A DNA stretch of 64,000 nucleotides from Longimicrobiales bacterium (GTDB taxonomy: Bacteria > Gemmatimonadota > Gemmatimonadetes > Longimicrobiales > Gaopeijiaceae), in the NCBI GenBank assembly GCA_965202985.1, contig CBDBCF010000001.1, positions 1,984,001 through 2,048,000 of the forward strand, read 5' to 3'. Of this stretch, positions 1 to 10,410 are shown piece after piece. The notes under the pieces are model-generated. The model ran no database searches. It had not been told where the DNA came from and saw only the letters and a list, made by a program, of their open reading frames with translations. The position numbers and the translations under genes are program-made. Position 1 is the first letter of the stretch. Each line of letters begins with the position of its first letter.

Positions 1-844
1 GAAGTGGCTCCACGAGGCCTTGCAGGCCGGCTACAAGGAGGTGCTGTATCCTTTCGGCTCGCCCGGCGCGCGCTACACGCACAGCGACGTCCCTGCGCTG
101 GCGTGCACCACGTTGCCTCACCTCACGAACGAGTGCGACGCCCTCTTCGACGAGCTGGCGCAGGTGGTGCCGGCGTGGCCTCGGCGACGCCCCAGCGAGC
201 ACTTCCGAGCACTCTTTGAATGGCTGCGCCGACGGTTCGGGCGAGACGTGTGGGTGGAACGGTCCGGCGCGTCGCTGCTACTGGCGTCGCGGCTCATGCG
301 CGACTACCCGGACGCCCGCATCGTCCACATTTACCGGGACGGTCGGGACACGGCGCTCTCGATGCGCAACCACTACGTCTTCTCCACTTTGGTGGCCACG
401 ACCCGCGCAGTCCGATCGGCGGGCATCGACGCCACGCGTTCGATCGCCGAGAGCCGTCGCTGGAACCGCGTCAGTCCCTGGGTCGAGTGGGTCGGCGGCA
501 CGTTCCTGCCACCGAAGCGCTTGCCCTACCGCAAGCTGACGCTCGGCGACTACGGCCGCTTTTGGAGCGCGATGGTCGAGCGCAGCCGCTGGGTACTGGC
601 GGACTTGCCCCCCGAAGCGCTTCTGAACGTGAAGATGGAGGACATGCAGGCCGAGCCGGAGGAGCAGATTCGCCGCTTGATCCGCTTCGTGGCCCCGGAG
701 CTGGAGGACGACGAGTGGGTACGCGCCGCGTCCGCGATTCCCCGGCCGACCGCCTCCCGGTTCAACGACCTGGACTCGGCGGAGCAGGAGGAGTTGGTCC
801 AAGCCTGCCGTCCCGGGCTGGATATCTTGGGTTATCCGTTGTGA
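1..844 (+). CDS. Sulfotransferase family protein (probably 5'-partial)
   Basis: WVERSG and ARIVHIYRDGRDTALSM (3'-phosphate-binding RDxRD motif); frame appears open to the window edge. Confidence 0.8.
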   Translation, partial: KWLHEALQAGYKEVLYPFGSPGARYTHSDVPALACTTLPHLTNECDALFDELAQVVPAWPRRRPSEHFRALFEWLRRRFGRDVWVERSGASLLLASRLMRDYPDARIVHIYRDGRDTALSMRNHYVFSTLVATTRAVRSAGIDATRSIAESRRWNRVSPWVEWVGGTFLPPKRLPYRKLTLGDYGRFWSAMVERSRWVLADLPPEALLNVKMEDMQAEPEEQIRRLIRFVAPELEDDEWVRAASAIPRPTASRFNDLDSAEQEELVQACRPGLDILGYPL

Positions 845-861
845 GATCGGATCGACCATCC

Positions 862-2034
862 ATGCGCGCACCTGCGGCCTACCAGCCGGGATACGACAAG
901 GCTCGTGCCCTGAACAGCCGCTTGGCCGACAATTACGTTCGTCACACCTGCGTCGAGGATCCCTTGGCCGACGCCGCCGTGGACGCGCTGGCCCCATTCG
1001 ACCAACAAGAGGCGCACCGCGTGATCGCCGCAGGAATGGAGCAGCGCGGCGATGTGCTTTCCAAAGCTCCGACAGCGGTACAGGAGTTCTTCGCCAGGGT
1101 GTCGGAGCCGCCGCCGTGGCTGGACCTGCGGTCCTTGGTGCCGGGGATGCGCGCGTACCACCAGTATTCGGACTTGTTCATCGCTGTGCACGTCACCGGC
1201 GTGCTCGTCAGCGGCTTCTCCACCTTGATCAGCAAGTCTTTTTTTCGGACCGGCAGGCTCACCGAATACGGCGTTCGACGCCTTCAGCAAAACAACCGCC
1301 ACCTGATCGAGATCTGCCTGCCGGGCGGCCTGGAGCGGCGTGGAGACGGCTGGAAGCTCTCGGTTCGCATTCGCCTCGTGCATGCGCAGATCCGGCGCCT
1401 CCTGCGCCAGCCGGGCGAATGGGACGAAGACCGCGACGGCGCCCCCCTCAGCGCGGCCCACATGGCGTTTGCGTCCGCCGCCTTCTCGTCGCTGCTCGTC
1501 GAGCAAGTTCGCCGAGTCGGCGCCCGCATCAGCCAAGAGGAAGGGGAGAGCTTCGTGCAGATATGGCGCTACGTGGCATGGCTGTTCGGGGTGCCCGAGA
1601 CGATCCTGTTTCGCAACTTTGACGAGGGGCTCGAACTCTGCCGCATCGGATTTCTGTGCGAACCGGAGCCCAGCGAAGAAGCCGTTCTCATGGCCAACGC
1701 CCTGATCAACTCGGCGCCGCTGATCACCGGCGCCACCGACCCCGAGAAGCGGCAGGCCATGGCCAAGTTCGTGTACCGCGTCTCCCGCGCGCTCGTCGGC
1801 GACGAACTTGCCGACCAGCTTCGCTTCCCGCCGCAACGGACCACGGGGGTTCTTGCCATGTTGAAGTGGCAACATCGCCTTGGGGCCTTCATGAGCCGCC
1901 TGCTTCCGGGAGGCTCGGATCGCCGTCGCAACAGAAACTTCGTCACGCTTCTCGAGCGATCCTTGTTCGAGCAAGCGGGCATCCCCTACAGGTTGCCGGA
2001 CGCCCTGGACGCCGACCGCGCCACGCAATGGTAG
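862..2034 (+). CDS. MpaB'/DUF2236 (Lcp-like) haem oxygenase family protein
   Basis: DPLADA, PPPWLD and RIRLVHAQIR motifs; ATG at 862 within ORF 220..2034. Confidence 0.8.
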   Translation: MRAPAAYQPGYDKARALNSRLADNYVRHTCVEDPLADAAVDALAPFDQQEAHRVIAAGMEQRGDVLSKAPTAVQEFFARVSEPPPWLDLRSLVPGMRAYHQYSDLFIAVHVTGVLVSGFSTLISKSFFRTGRLTEYGVRRLQQNNRHLIEICLPGGLERRGDGWKLSVRIRLVHAQIRRLLRQPGEWDEDRDGAPLSAAHMAFASAAFSSLLVEQVRRVGARISQEEGESFVQIWRYVAWLFGVPETILFRNFDEGLELCRIGFLCEPEPSEEAVLMANALINSAPLITGATDPEKRQAMAKFVYRVSRALVGDELADQLRFPPQRTTGVLAMLKWQHRLGAFMSRLLPGGSDRRRNRNFVTLLERSLFEQAGIPYRLPDALDADRATQW

Positions 2035-3167
2035 ACCGGGCAGAGGCGAGGCGCTTTCACGACCTGGACGCGCTGCGGGCCTTCGCCATGATGCTGGGCG
2101 TCCTCCTCCACGCCGCGCTGTTTCTGCTGCCCGACCCGAAGCCCGACAACGATGTGCCCGCTTGGCCCGCCTCCCACCCGTACGCCTATGATACGCTGCC
2201 GGTGGCCAACCCCTACTCGTACTTGCTGTTGCTGATTCACGGCTTCAGGATGCCCCTCTTCTTCATGCTCAGCGGCTTCTTCACGGCCATGCTGTGGCGC
2301 AGACGGGGACCGCGCGCGTTGGCTGTGCACCGGTTGAAGCGCATCGTCGTTCCGCTGGCGGTGGGCATGTTCACCGTTGTTCCGATCGTTTCGCTGTTCT
2401 ACCCCGGCAGCAACTTCGGCTTCGCCGGGTGGACGACGGCCTGGACGCGGGATCTCTATCACCTGTGGTTTCTACTGTACTTGTTGCTGATGGCGGCTGG
2501 CTTCCTGCTCTTCGTGCGGTGCGGGGCCCGGTTTCGGAGCCGTCTCTGGTGGCTGCTGCTCCCCATGGTGGTGGTTCCACAGTACGCCATGAGAGAGACG
2601 TTCGGCGCCGACGTTCCCTCGGGCTTCTTGCCGATGCCCGACGCGTTCCTCTACTACGCCTTGTTCTTCATGTTCGGCGCTGTCTTTCACGAGCGCGGCA
2701 TGACGGTGCGCCGGTGGTGGACCGCAGGACTGCCGGTCGCGCTCCTGTTGTTCATGCCCGGCGTGGCCTTTGCATACCCCGACCAGATCGACGCGCTGAG
2801 CGCCTACGTCGGCGCTGGTTGGTTTCAGGTTGCGTCGGCAGGGCTCCAAGTGTCGTTCGCTTGGCTCGCAAGCTTCGGCATGATGGGACTGTTCCGCTGG
2901 ATCGCGGGAAGCGAGCGCTATTGGGTGCGCTACATGTCGGACGCCTCCTACTGGATATACCTGTGGCACCTGCCCCTGATCATCGGAGGACAGCTCATCG
3001 CCACCGATTGGGGAATGGGACCCCACACGGCGTACCTGCTGATCTGCGGAGGCGCCACCGCCGTGCTTCTGGTCACGTACCAGCTCGGCGTGCGCTACAG
3101 CTTCGTCGGCACCACGCTGAACGGCCCCCGTCAGAGGCCCTTGCGTAGCGGGAGGCGGAGCGCGTAG
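2028..3167 (+). CDS. Acyltransferase-3 family membrane protein (MdoC/OpgC-like)
   Basis: RFHDLDALRAFAMMLGVLLH, FRMPLFFMLSGFF, HLWFL, SYWIYLWH; start overlaps upstream stop. Confidence 0.85.
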   Translation: MVDRAEARRFHDLDALRAFAMMLGVLLHAALFLLPDPKPDNDVPAWPASHPYAYDTLPVANPYSYLLLLIHGFRMPLFFMLSGFFTAMLWRRRGPRALAVHRLKRIVVPLAVGMFTVVPIVSLFYPGSNFGFAGWTTAWTRDLYHLWFLLYLLLMAAGFLLFVRCGARFRSRLWWLLLPMVVVPQYAMRETFGADVPSGFLPMPDAFLYYALFFMFGAVFHERGMTVRRWWTAGLPVALLLFMPGVAFAYPDQIDALSAYVGAGWFQVASAGLQVSFAWLASFGMMGLFRWIAGSERYWVRYMSDASYWIYLWHLPLIIGGQLIATDWGMGPHTAYLLICGGATAVLLVTYQLGVRYSFVGTTLNGPRQRPLRSGRRSA

Positions 3168-3181
3168 TTGCCGTAGCATGA

Positions 3182-3573
3182 ATGAAGTACCTTCCCCGAA
3201 TCGTCAATGCCGAGCTGGCCGAGCGGCTCGCCGCCACCGGTGCGGTCGTTGTTGTCCCAAGGCCTGCGGGAAAACCGCGACGGCCGAATCGGTCGCGGCC
3301 AGCGCTGGACGTGGACGATGTTGCCCGGGCCATGGTCGATCTGGACCCGGCGGCCGTCCTAGCAGGCGAAACGCCGCGGCTCATCGACGAGTGGCAGACG
3401 GAGCCGGCGATCTGGAACCAAATCCGAAGGGCCGTGGACAGACGAGGCGCCCCCGGCCAGTTCATCCTCACCGGTCGGCGGTGCCGGACGACATCGCCCG
3501 CCGGGACCTGCGGGTCTACGCCCAGGCCGCCGACGCCCATGTGTTCCACTACCGCGAGAAGGACGGCCTGGAG
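3182..3573 (+). pseudogene. Relic of AAA_14/DUF4143 ATP-binding protein (frameshifts and internal deletion)
   Basis: MKYLPRIV, PKACGKT (Walker A, shifted frame), LIDEWQ, GQFILTG, then a jump to the C-terminal RDLRVYAQ..FHYREKDGLE. Confidence 0.75.
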
Positions 3574-3705
3574 CGCGAGGAAGCGAGCGCCTTGCTCGCG
3601 CGCGCTCACGGCCACGTGAAGACTGCGATGATGATGGGCCGGCTCGGCGTGGACGCGGAGTGAGCGCGCGAAGCGCTGGCGAAGGCGGGCGGCGCGGTTG
3701 GGGCC
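3574..3705 (+). pseudogene. 3' fragment resembling MurQ C-terminus, with in-frame stop
   Basis: REEASALLARAHGHVKTAMMMGRLGVDAE*AREALAKAGGAV. Confidence 0.55.
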
Positions 3706-3719
3706 GCAACCGAGTTCGC

Positions 3720-5477
3720 TTGACCGCCGCTCCATTGGGCCGCCGGGGCGCCGGACGGGAGGCGCGCACGCCGGAGCGGAGCCCGGAGACCGCGCGGACC
3801 CGCGCGACCGTGGCGGGCTTGGCCGCCGTCTGGATCATCGTGTGCGCAGTGGCTTGGGGCGTCCGGTGGCCGGCGATGCACCCGGGCGGGGACAACGCGG
3901 GCTATCTCTCGTTGGCAGCCGCGTTGGCGTTCGAGGGCCATTACGCGGAGACGTGGACGCCCGGCTCCCCTCCGCACGCCAAGTATCCGCCCGTCTACCC
4001 CGCCGTGCTGGCCGCCATGATGCTGGCCGGAGCCGAGAGCTGGGACGCCTTCAAGGCGGCTTCGGCGCTCAGCGTCGGCTTGGCGGCGGCGTTCGCCTTC
4101 CTGTGGGCGCGGCGGTCGGAAGGGTTCGCCGTCGCCATCGCGGTTGCCCTCGCCTTCGGTTTGTCGCCATCGGCCCTGGACGCCTCGAGATGGATCTGGT
4201 CCGACACGCTCTTCGCCGCGCTCGCCTTTTCCGCTCTTTGGGCGCTGACGCCGCCGCGCCTCGTCCGCACCGACTCGGCCAGCCCTTCGGAGGCGTCCCA
4301 CCCAGGCAACCTCTCCGCATGGTGGCTCGCCGGCGGCTTGGCGCTCGTGGGGCTTGCCTACTTCACCCGCTCGGCCGGACTTCCCTTGGTGGTGACCGCC
4401 GCGATCTGCATCGCCCTTGCACGGCGCTGGAGGGCGCTGGCGGCGTTCGCGCTCTGCTTCCTGCCGTTCGCCGCACTTTGGGGGTCCAGGAGCGGCGGGC
4501 AGGCCTACGGGTCGGAATTCTGGCTGATAGACATGTACGATCCGGGCTTGGGCACGTTCGGAGCGGCGGAGTTCCTGCAGCGAGTCGCGGCCAATGTCCG
4601 GACCTACGTGACCTCCATTGTTCCCTATGGACTCGCGGCATGGAGGGGAACATGGGCGGTTGTCGGCGGAGTCGCGCTAGCGGCGCTGGCCGTCGGCGGT
4701 TGGGTTCGCCGGCTCCGGCGAAGCGTCGGCCCGGCCGAGGTGTTCATGCCCCTCTACGCCGCGCTGCTGTTCGCATGGCCGCACATTGGGGCCGCCGCTC
4801 GGTACGCGTTGCCCTTGTTGCCGGTCCTTCTTCTGTACGCGGCCGAGGCGTTGCGGTCGCTTGCGGGCCGCCTTCGCGTCCCACCGGCCGCCGCCGTCGC
4901 CGCGGGAGGACTGGCCGTGGCCGTCCCGGCCGTTTGGTCCGCGTCGGGGACGATGATCGCAACCGTCGAGGAGGCTCCCGCCTGCCGGTTTGCTCCCGGG
5001 CCAGTTGCCTGCGCGGGTCGAGCCGTCGCCGCCTCCGCCCTCCTCGGAGCCTGGGCCGCGCAGCATCTTCCCGACGACGCGGTCGTGATGGCCCGCAAGC
5101 CCCGCATCTTCCACTTGTTCAGCGGGTTGCCGTCTGTGCCTCCGCCCTTCTACCGGGACGACGACGGTTTCTTCGCCTTCAGCGCCGACTTGGGAGTCCG
5201 CCACGTCGTCTTGGACTTGGGCTTCCGGGACAACCGCAATTACTTGCTACCCACAATCGAGCGCAATCCAGATCGCTTCTGCATACGGCAAGCAGTTGAG
5301 ACGGAACCGGACTTCCACGTCCGCTTGCTGGAGATCACCGAGCCCGGCGGCCCGGGCCGGGACGCCCCCCCCGGCACGGTCGGTTGGTGCCGCGACGTAC
5401 CGGTAGGGGCCATCGACTGGACGACCTTGGCTTCCATGAAGATCCCCCTAGTGGAGCGCGCCCGGATCACGCGATGA
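3720..5477 (+). CDS. GT-C fold (ArnT/PMT-like) membrane glycosyltransferase; start uncertain (3660 or 3720)
   Basis: GGDNAGYLSLA, KYPPVYP, WSDTLF, YFTRSAG, ARYALP; many TM helices and a soluble C-terminal domain. Confidence 0.7.
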   Translation: MTAAPLGRRGAGREARTPERSPETARTRATVAGLAAVWIIVCAVAWGVRWPAMHPGGDNAGYLSLAAALAFEGHYAETWTPGSPPHAKYPPVYPAVLAAMMLAGAESWDAFKAASALSVGLAAAFAFLWARRSEGFAVAIAVALAFGLSPSALDASRWIWSDTLFAALAFSALWALTPPRLVRTDSASPSEASHPGNLSAWWLAGGLALVGLAYFTRSAGLPLVVTAAICIALARRWRALAAFALCFLPFAALWGSRSGGQAYGSEFWLIDMYDPGLGTFGAAEFLQRVAANVRTYVTSIVPYGLAAWRGTWAVVGGVALAALAVGGWVRRLRRSVGPAEVFMPLYAALLFAWPHIGAAARYALPLLPVLLLYAAEALRSLAGRLRVPPAAAVAAGGLAVAVPAVWSASGTMIATVEEAPACRFAPGPVACAGRAVAASALLGAWAAQHLPDDAVVMARKPRIFHLFSGLPSVPPPFYRDDDGFFAFSADLGVRHVVLDLGFRDNRNYLLPTIERNPDRFCIRQAVETEPDFHVRLLEITEPGGPGRDAPPGTVGWCRDVPVGAIDWTTLASMKIPLVERARITR

Positions 5478-5895
5478 CGCGTACGGGCGTCGTCCTCGCT
5501 CCTTTTGGCCGCGGCCTTCGTGTCCGTGGCTCTCGTCGCCCCGTCCCGCTCGGGCCCAGGCGACGTCACCTCTATCCCGCGTCCGTGGGCGAGCTGGCCG
5601 GCAGGGCCGCCGCCATAGCCGAACGCGTCCACGCGATCCTGTCGGACCGCTTCGCTTCGGCGCCCGCAGGCCGCGTTCAGCTGCTTCTGTCCGACCACGC
5701 CGACATCTCGAACGGCTACGCCTCGGCGTCCCCCACAACCGGATCACCGTCTTCGCCCGTCCTCCAATGGACGGCGGCAGCATCTCCTACTTCGACGACT
5801 GGCTCGAGCTGGTGATCACGCACGAGCTGGTGCACACATTCCACTTCGAGATGGCGGGCCCCCTCGGCAAGGTTGCCCGCCGCGTGTTCGGACGT
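5474..5895 (+). pseudogene. Frameshifted, truncated 5' fragment of an HExxH (peptidase MA-like) envelope protein
   Basis: Continuous across frames: ..SDHADISNGYAS / HNRITVFARPP..DDWLELVITHELVHTFH; ends abruptly near 5895. Confidence 0.65.
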
Positions 5896-6007
5896 TGCCG
5901 CAGCGGCTGCCGTTGCTCTCTCTCTGTAAAGTCGAGCGAATCCGTCACTCGTAGCACCGACTTGAAGCCGGGCCAAAGCACTCGATTTCATTAATCATCA
6001 TTCCCGC

Positions 6008-6036
6008 TTGGCCCTCCCCGCCCGCGACCCTATGTT
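6008..6036 (+). promoter_or_regulatory. Putative sigma70 promoter for leaderless Rieske gene
   Basis: TTGGCC-N17-TATGTT, 6 nt before ATG 6043; no SD. Confidence 0.5.
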
Positions 6037-6042
6037 GGCCAT

Positions 6043-7152
6043 ATGAGCGCGGTCCACGTACACCCAGACATTAGCAAGGCCGAGACGCTCCCAGGGCGCA
6101 TCTACCACTCGGAGCGGATCTATCGGCTACAGAGGGAGCGCGTCTTCGCGCCGGCTTGGCACTTCGTGGCGGACTTGAACCGGCTGAAGGCGCCGGGCCA
6201 TGTGCTGCCGGTCGAGCTGCTGCCGGGCTGCCTCGACGAGCCCGTGGTGGTCACCAGGGACAAGGCGGGCGCACTGCACTGCCTTTCCAACGTGTGCACG
6301 CATCGGGGAGCGATCGTGGTGGAGGGCGAGGGTCACGCGAACACGTTGAAGTGTCGGTACCACGGCCGGCGCTTCGCCTTGGACGGCGCGTTTCGCTCCA
6401 TGCCCGAGTTCGACGGCGCCGAAGGCTTCCCGCGCCCTTGCGACGACCTTCCCCGCTTGGCGACGGGCCAGTGGGGGCCGTTCCTGTTCGCGTGCATGGA
6501 CGCAGCGCCGAAGCCGGCGTTCGACGAGTGGATCGGCCCGGTGCGCGAGCGCTGCGCATGGATGCCCCTGGACCGGGCGCGCTTCGACCCGGACGGCGTC
6601 CGCACCTACTTGATCGACGCCAACTGGGCGCTGTACTGCGACAACTACTTGGAGGAGTTCCACATCCCGTACATCCATGCGGACAGCTTGGCCGGACTGG
6701 ACTACGGCGCCTACCGAACCGAGTGCTTCGCGTGGTCCAACCTCCAGTTCGGCGTGGCGGCCGAGGGCGAGCCCGCGTTCGACCTGCCCGCGGGACATCC
6801 CGACTACGGCCAGCGCATGGCGGCCTACTACTTCTGGCTGTTCCCCAACCTGATGCTGAACTTCTACCCGTGGGGCATCTCGGTGAACGTGGTCACGCCC
6901 CTGGGCAAGGACCGAACGAGGGTCCAGTTCCTGCCCTTCGTGTGGGACGAGTCCTTGCGCGATCAGGGCGCAGGCGCCGACCTGCACCGGGTCGAGATGG
7001 AGGACGAAGAGGTGGTGGAATCCCAGCACCGCGGACTGGGCTCGCGCCTCTACCGAAGAGGCCGATTCTCCCCCCGGCGCGAAGCCGGCACGCACCACTT
7101 CCACCGGCTGCTGGCGGAAGCGATGGCGACGGAAATCGAACCGCCCGGCTGA
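6043..7152 (+). CDS. Rieske non-haem iron oxygenase alpha subunit (choline monooxygenase-like)
   Basis: CTHRG..CRYHG Rieske motif; EEFHIPYIH mononuclear iron site. Confidence 0.9.
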   Translation: MSAVHVHPDISKAETLPGRIYHSERIYRLQRERVFAPAWHFVADLNRLKAPGHVLPVELLPGCLDEPVVVTRDKAGALHCLSNVCTHRGAIVVEGEGHANTLKCRYHGRRFALDGAFRSMPEFDGAEGFPRPCDDLPRLATGQWGPFLFACMDAAPKPAFDEWIGPVRERCAWMPLDRARFDPDGVRTYLIDANWALYCDNYLEEFHIPYIHADSLAGLDYGAYRTECFAWSNLQFGVAAEGEPAFDLPAGHPDYGQRMAAYYFWLFPNLMLNFYPWGISVNVVTPLGKDRTRVQFLPFVWDESLRDQGAGADLHRVEMEDEEVVESQHRGLGSRLYRRGRFSPRREAGTHHFHRLLAEAMATEIEPPG

Positions 7153-7404
7153 CGCCATCGTGCGTGCTTGGGCGGCGCGGCGACGCGCGATCCGGCCAAC
7201 GCGCCTCGCCATTCGGACCCAGGCACGCGGGTTGGGGGCGACTCGAAGCGCTTCCCGGCCACCGGGTGCTTGACTTGCAGTCGGCCTTCGCGCAAGACTT
7301 GTTTCCGAAGGGCCGAGTGCTCGGCTGGAGCACGGGTTCGCCGGAGCTTGGCGGGGTGCCGGCGCGGACCGGGGGCGCTCGGACATGCAACGAGAAGAGA
7401 GGAC

Positions 7405-7512
7405 ATGGAGAGCTACGAAGACCGGGCGAGGGGCCACGGGGACGCGGTGGTGGACTGCGACACCGGCGACGAGCTGTTGGAGGCCGCAGGAAACGAGGCC
7501 GAATGCACCTGA
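7405..7512 (+). CDS. 35-aa acidic small ORF overlapping ureA start
   Basis: SD-like GAGAGGA before [38 protein letters not shown]; stop lies inside ureA codons 3-4. Confidence 0.45.
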   Translation: MESYEDRARGHGDAVVDCDTGDELLEAAGNEAECT

Positions 7513-7805
7513 CGCCCCGAGAGCAGGAGAAGCTGCTGGTCTTCGTCGCGGCCGAGCTGGCCAAGAAGCGCATGGCGCGCGGCCTTAGGCTCAACTACCC
7601 CGAGGCCGTGGCGGTCATCACCGCCGAGGTGCTCGAAGGCGCCAGGGACGGCAAGTCCGTGGCCGAACTCATGCAGCACGGCGCCAAGGTGCTGACTCGC
7701 GACGACGTGATGGAGGGCGTTCCCGAGATGATCCACGAGGTCCAGGTGGAAGGCACCTTCCCCGACGGCACGAAGCTGGTGACCGTGCACGATCCGGTTC
7801 GCTAG
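7503..7805 (+). CDS. ureA: Urease gamma subunit
   Basis: [34 protein letters not shown]. Confidence 0.98.
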   Translation: MHLTPREQEKLLVFVAAELAKKRMARGLRLNYPEAVAVITAEVLEGARDGKSVAELMQHGAKVLTRDDVMEGVPEMIHEVQVEGTFPDGTKLVTVHDPVR

Positions 7806-7818
7806 CGGACGCGCGCTG

Positions 7819-8229
7819 GTGATTCCGGGAGAGTACGTCTTGGCCGGCGGCGACATCGTCATCAACGCCGGACGCCGCACTGCCACGGTCACCGTGGCCA
7901 ACCGAGGCGACCGCCCGATCCAAGTCGGATCGCACTTTCACTTCTTCGAGGTCAACCGCGCCCTGGACTTCGACCGACGCGCCGCTTTCGGCATGCGGCT
8001 GGACATTCCTGCGGGCACGGCGGTGCGCTTCGAGCCGGGCGACGAGCGCGAGATCGGCTTGGTCGAGTTCGCCGGGGGCCGAACGATCATGGGACTCAAC
8101 GCCTTGACCGACGGCGACGCCGATTCCGCCCAAGTTCGCCAGGACGCCATGGGGCGCGCCCGCGCCGCCGGCTACTTGGGCGCCGGCCCCGCGAGCGCAA
8201 CCGACCCCGCAAGCGAGGCCGAGCGATGA
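7819..8229 (+). CDS. ureB: Urease beta subunit
   Basis: [31 protein letters not shown]. Confidence 0.98.
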   Translation: MIPGEYVLAGGDIVINAGRRTATVTVANRGDRPIQVGSHFHFFEVNRALDFDRRAAFGMRLDIPAGTAVRFEPGDEREIGLVEFAGGRTIMGLNALTDGDADSAQVRQDAMGRARAAGYLGAGPASATDPASEAER

Positions 8230-9944
8230 GCATGGCCATGGACCGCCGGTCCTATGCGGACATGTTCGGGCCCACGGTGGGAGACAAGGTCAGGCTGGCC
8301 GACACGGACCTCTTCATCGAGGTGGAGGAGGATCGGACCGTGTACGGCGACGAGGCCAAGTTCGGCGGCGGCAAGGTGCTGCGCGACGGCTTGGGCCAAT
8401 CGCCCACGGAGACGCGGGCCGGCGAAGCCCTCGACCTGCTGGTGACCAACGCCCTGGTGCTGGACCACTGGGGCGTGGTCAAGGCCGACGTGGGCGTCAA
8501 GGACGGCGTGATCGTCGGCGTCGGCAAGTCGGGGAACCCGCATCTGATGGCGGGTGTGGACCCCAAGATGATCGTCGGCGCCTCGACCGAAGTGCTGGCG
8601 GGCGAGGGGTTCATCCTGACCGCAGGCGGCATCGACACGCACATCCACTTCATCTGTCCGCAGCAGATCGACGAGGCCCTGGCGTCGGGCGTGACCACGC
8701 TCTTCGGCGGGGGAACGGGTCCCGCCACGGGCACCAAGGCCACCACGTGCACGCCGGGAGCGTGGAACATCGCGCGGATGTTGCAGGCGGCGGAGGCGTA
8801 CCCCGTGAACCTGGGCTTTCTGGGCAAGGGGAACTGCTCCCGACCAGAGCCGCTGGTCGAACAGATCCGCGCCGGGGCCGCCGGCATGAAGCTGCACGAG
8901 GACTGGGGGACCACGCCGGCGGCGATCGACTGCTGCCTGTCGGTGGCCGACGACTTGGACGTGCAAGTGTGCATTCACACCGACACGCTGAACGAGTCAG
9001 GCTTCGTCGAGGCGTCGATCGATGCGTTCAAGGGCCGCACCATTCACACCTACCACACCGAGGGCGCGGGCGGCGGCCATGCGCCGGACATCATCCGCGT
9101 CTGCGGCGAAGCCAACGTGCTGCCGTCGTCCACGAATCCGACCCGGCCCTTCACCGTGAACACCGTGGACGAGCACCTGGACATGCTCATGGTGTGCCAT
9201 CACTTGGACAGCAAGATCCCCGAGGACGTGGCGTTCGCGGAATCGCGCATCCGCCCCGAGACGATCGCCGCCGAAGACATCCTGCACGACCTGGGCGCCT
9301 TCAGCATCATGGGCTCCGATTCGCAGGCGATGGGCAGGGTGGGCGAAACGATCGTCCGCACGTGGCAGACGGCGCACAAGATGAAGCGTCAGCGCGGCCC
9401 GCTCCCGGAAGAGACGGGCGACAACGACAACTATCGCGCTAGGCGCTACGTGGCCAAGTACACGGTCAACCCGGCCGTCGCGCACGGCGTGTCTCACTGC
9501 GTGGGTTCGGTGGAGCCCGGCAAGCTGGCGGACTTCGTGCTCTGGAAGCCGACGTTCTTCGGCGTGCGGCCCGAAGTCGTGGTCAAGGGCGGCTTCATTG
9601 CGCATGCGGCGATGGGCGACGCCAACGCCTCGATTCCGACGCCTCAACCGGTGCTGGGCCGACCCATGTTCGGCGCGGCGGCGGGCGCGGTGGGAGCCAC
9701 TTGCTTCACCTTCGTCTCCGCGGTGGCCGAAGAGGCCGGCGTGGCCGAGCGCCTGGGACTGCGCAGACAGGTTCGGGCGGTGCACCACTGCCGGTCGATC
9801 GGCAAGAAGGACATGCGCTTGAACGACCGCTTGCCGCGCATCGACGTGGACCCGGAGACGTACGTGGTCAAGGCGGACGACCAAGTCCTTGCGTGCGAAC
9901 CCGCCGAAGTGCTGCCGATGGCGCAGCGCTACTTCCTCTTCTAG
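8226..9944 (+). CDS. ureC: Urease alpha subunit
   Basis: [31 protein letters not shown], ends AQRYFLF. Confidence 0.99.
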   Translation: MSMAMDRRSYADMFGPTVGDKVRLADTDLFIEVEEDRTVYGDEAKFGGGKVLRDGLGQSPTETRAGEALDLLVTNALVLDHWGVVKADVGVKDGVIVGVGKSGNPHLMAGVDPKMIVGASTEVLAGEGFILTAGGIDTHIHFICPQQIDEALASGVTTLFGGGTGPATGTKATTCTPGAWNIARMLQAAEAYPVNLGFLGKGNCSRPEPLVEQIRAGAAGMKLHEDWGTTPAAIDCCLSVADDLDVQVCIHTDTLNESGFVEASIDAFKGRTIHTYHTEGAGGGHAPDIIRVCGEANVLPSSTNPTRPFTVNTVDEHLDMLMVCHHLDSKIPEDVAFAESRIRPETIAAEDILHDLGAFSIMGSDSQAMGRVGETIVRTWQTAHKMKRQRGPLPEETGDNDNYRARRYVAKYTVNPAVAHGVSHCVGSVEPGKLADFVLWKPTFFGVRPEVVVKGGFIAHAAMGDANASIPTPQPVLGRPMFGAAAGAVGATCFTFVSAVAEEAGVAERLGLRRQVRAVHHCRSIGKKDMRLNDRLPRIDVDPETYVVKADDQVLACEPAEVLPMAQRYFLF

Positions 9945-9969
9945 CGCCGTCGGAGCGGGAGATGCGCCG

Positions 9970-10410
9970 GTGATCGTGGTCCGCAAGCTTCTGGGCAAGG
10001 TGGCCCCCGACGAAACGCGGCGCGTGGAGACGGTGCCGATGGGCTGGGAAGCGCGCCTGCGCAGTCGGCAGCGGGTTCGGACCAGTCGCGGCGCCGAACT
10101 CGGCATCAGCTTGCCCACGGGCCAGGCGATGCACGAAGGGGACGTCCTGTACGAGGACGACCAGCGGGTCGTGGTGGTCGCGACGGTCCCCGAGGACGTC
10201 CTGGTCCTCTACCCCGAATCGCGCGTGGAGATGGGCCGCGTGGCGTTCCAGGTCGGCAACCGCCACGCGCCCGTCCAAGTGGAAGAACGACGCATCCTCA
10301 CGCCCTACGACCACGTGCTGGAAGAGTACTTTCGCAACCTGGGCGTCCGCTGCGAGCGAGCAAAGGAGCCGTTCACCCACGACTTCGGGACCTACCACCA
10401 TCACCACTGA
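9970..10410 (+). CDS. ureE: Urease accessory nickel chaperone
   Basis: QVGNRHAP motif; C-terminal HHHH; GTG start. Confidence 0.9.
   Translation: MIVVRKLLGKVAPDETRRVETVPMGWEARLRSRQRVRTSRGAELGISLPTGQAMHEGDVLYEDDQRVVVVATVPEDVLVLYPESRVEMGRVAFQVGNRHAPVQVEERRILTPYDHVLEEYFRNLGVRCERAKEPFTHDFGTYHHHH

Noticed and set aside
220..861. N-terminal extension of the MpaB-like ORF
   Set aside because: Off-frame overlap with the sulfotransferase
5945..5965. tracrRNA-like AAGTCGGTGC on the minus strand
   Set aside because: Short match only; no U tail, anti-repeat or cas9
7270..7400. Known guanidine or NiCo riboswitch
   Set aside because: Diagnostic conserved motifs not recognisable
6156..7805. 549-aa UreA fusion
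   Set aside because: Upstream part is an off-frame reading of the Rieske gene; ureA has its own SD and ATG at 7503
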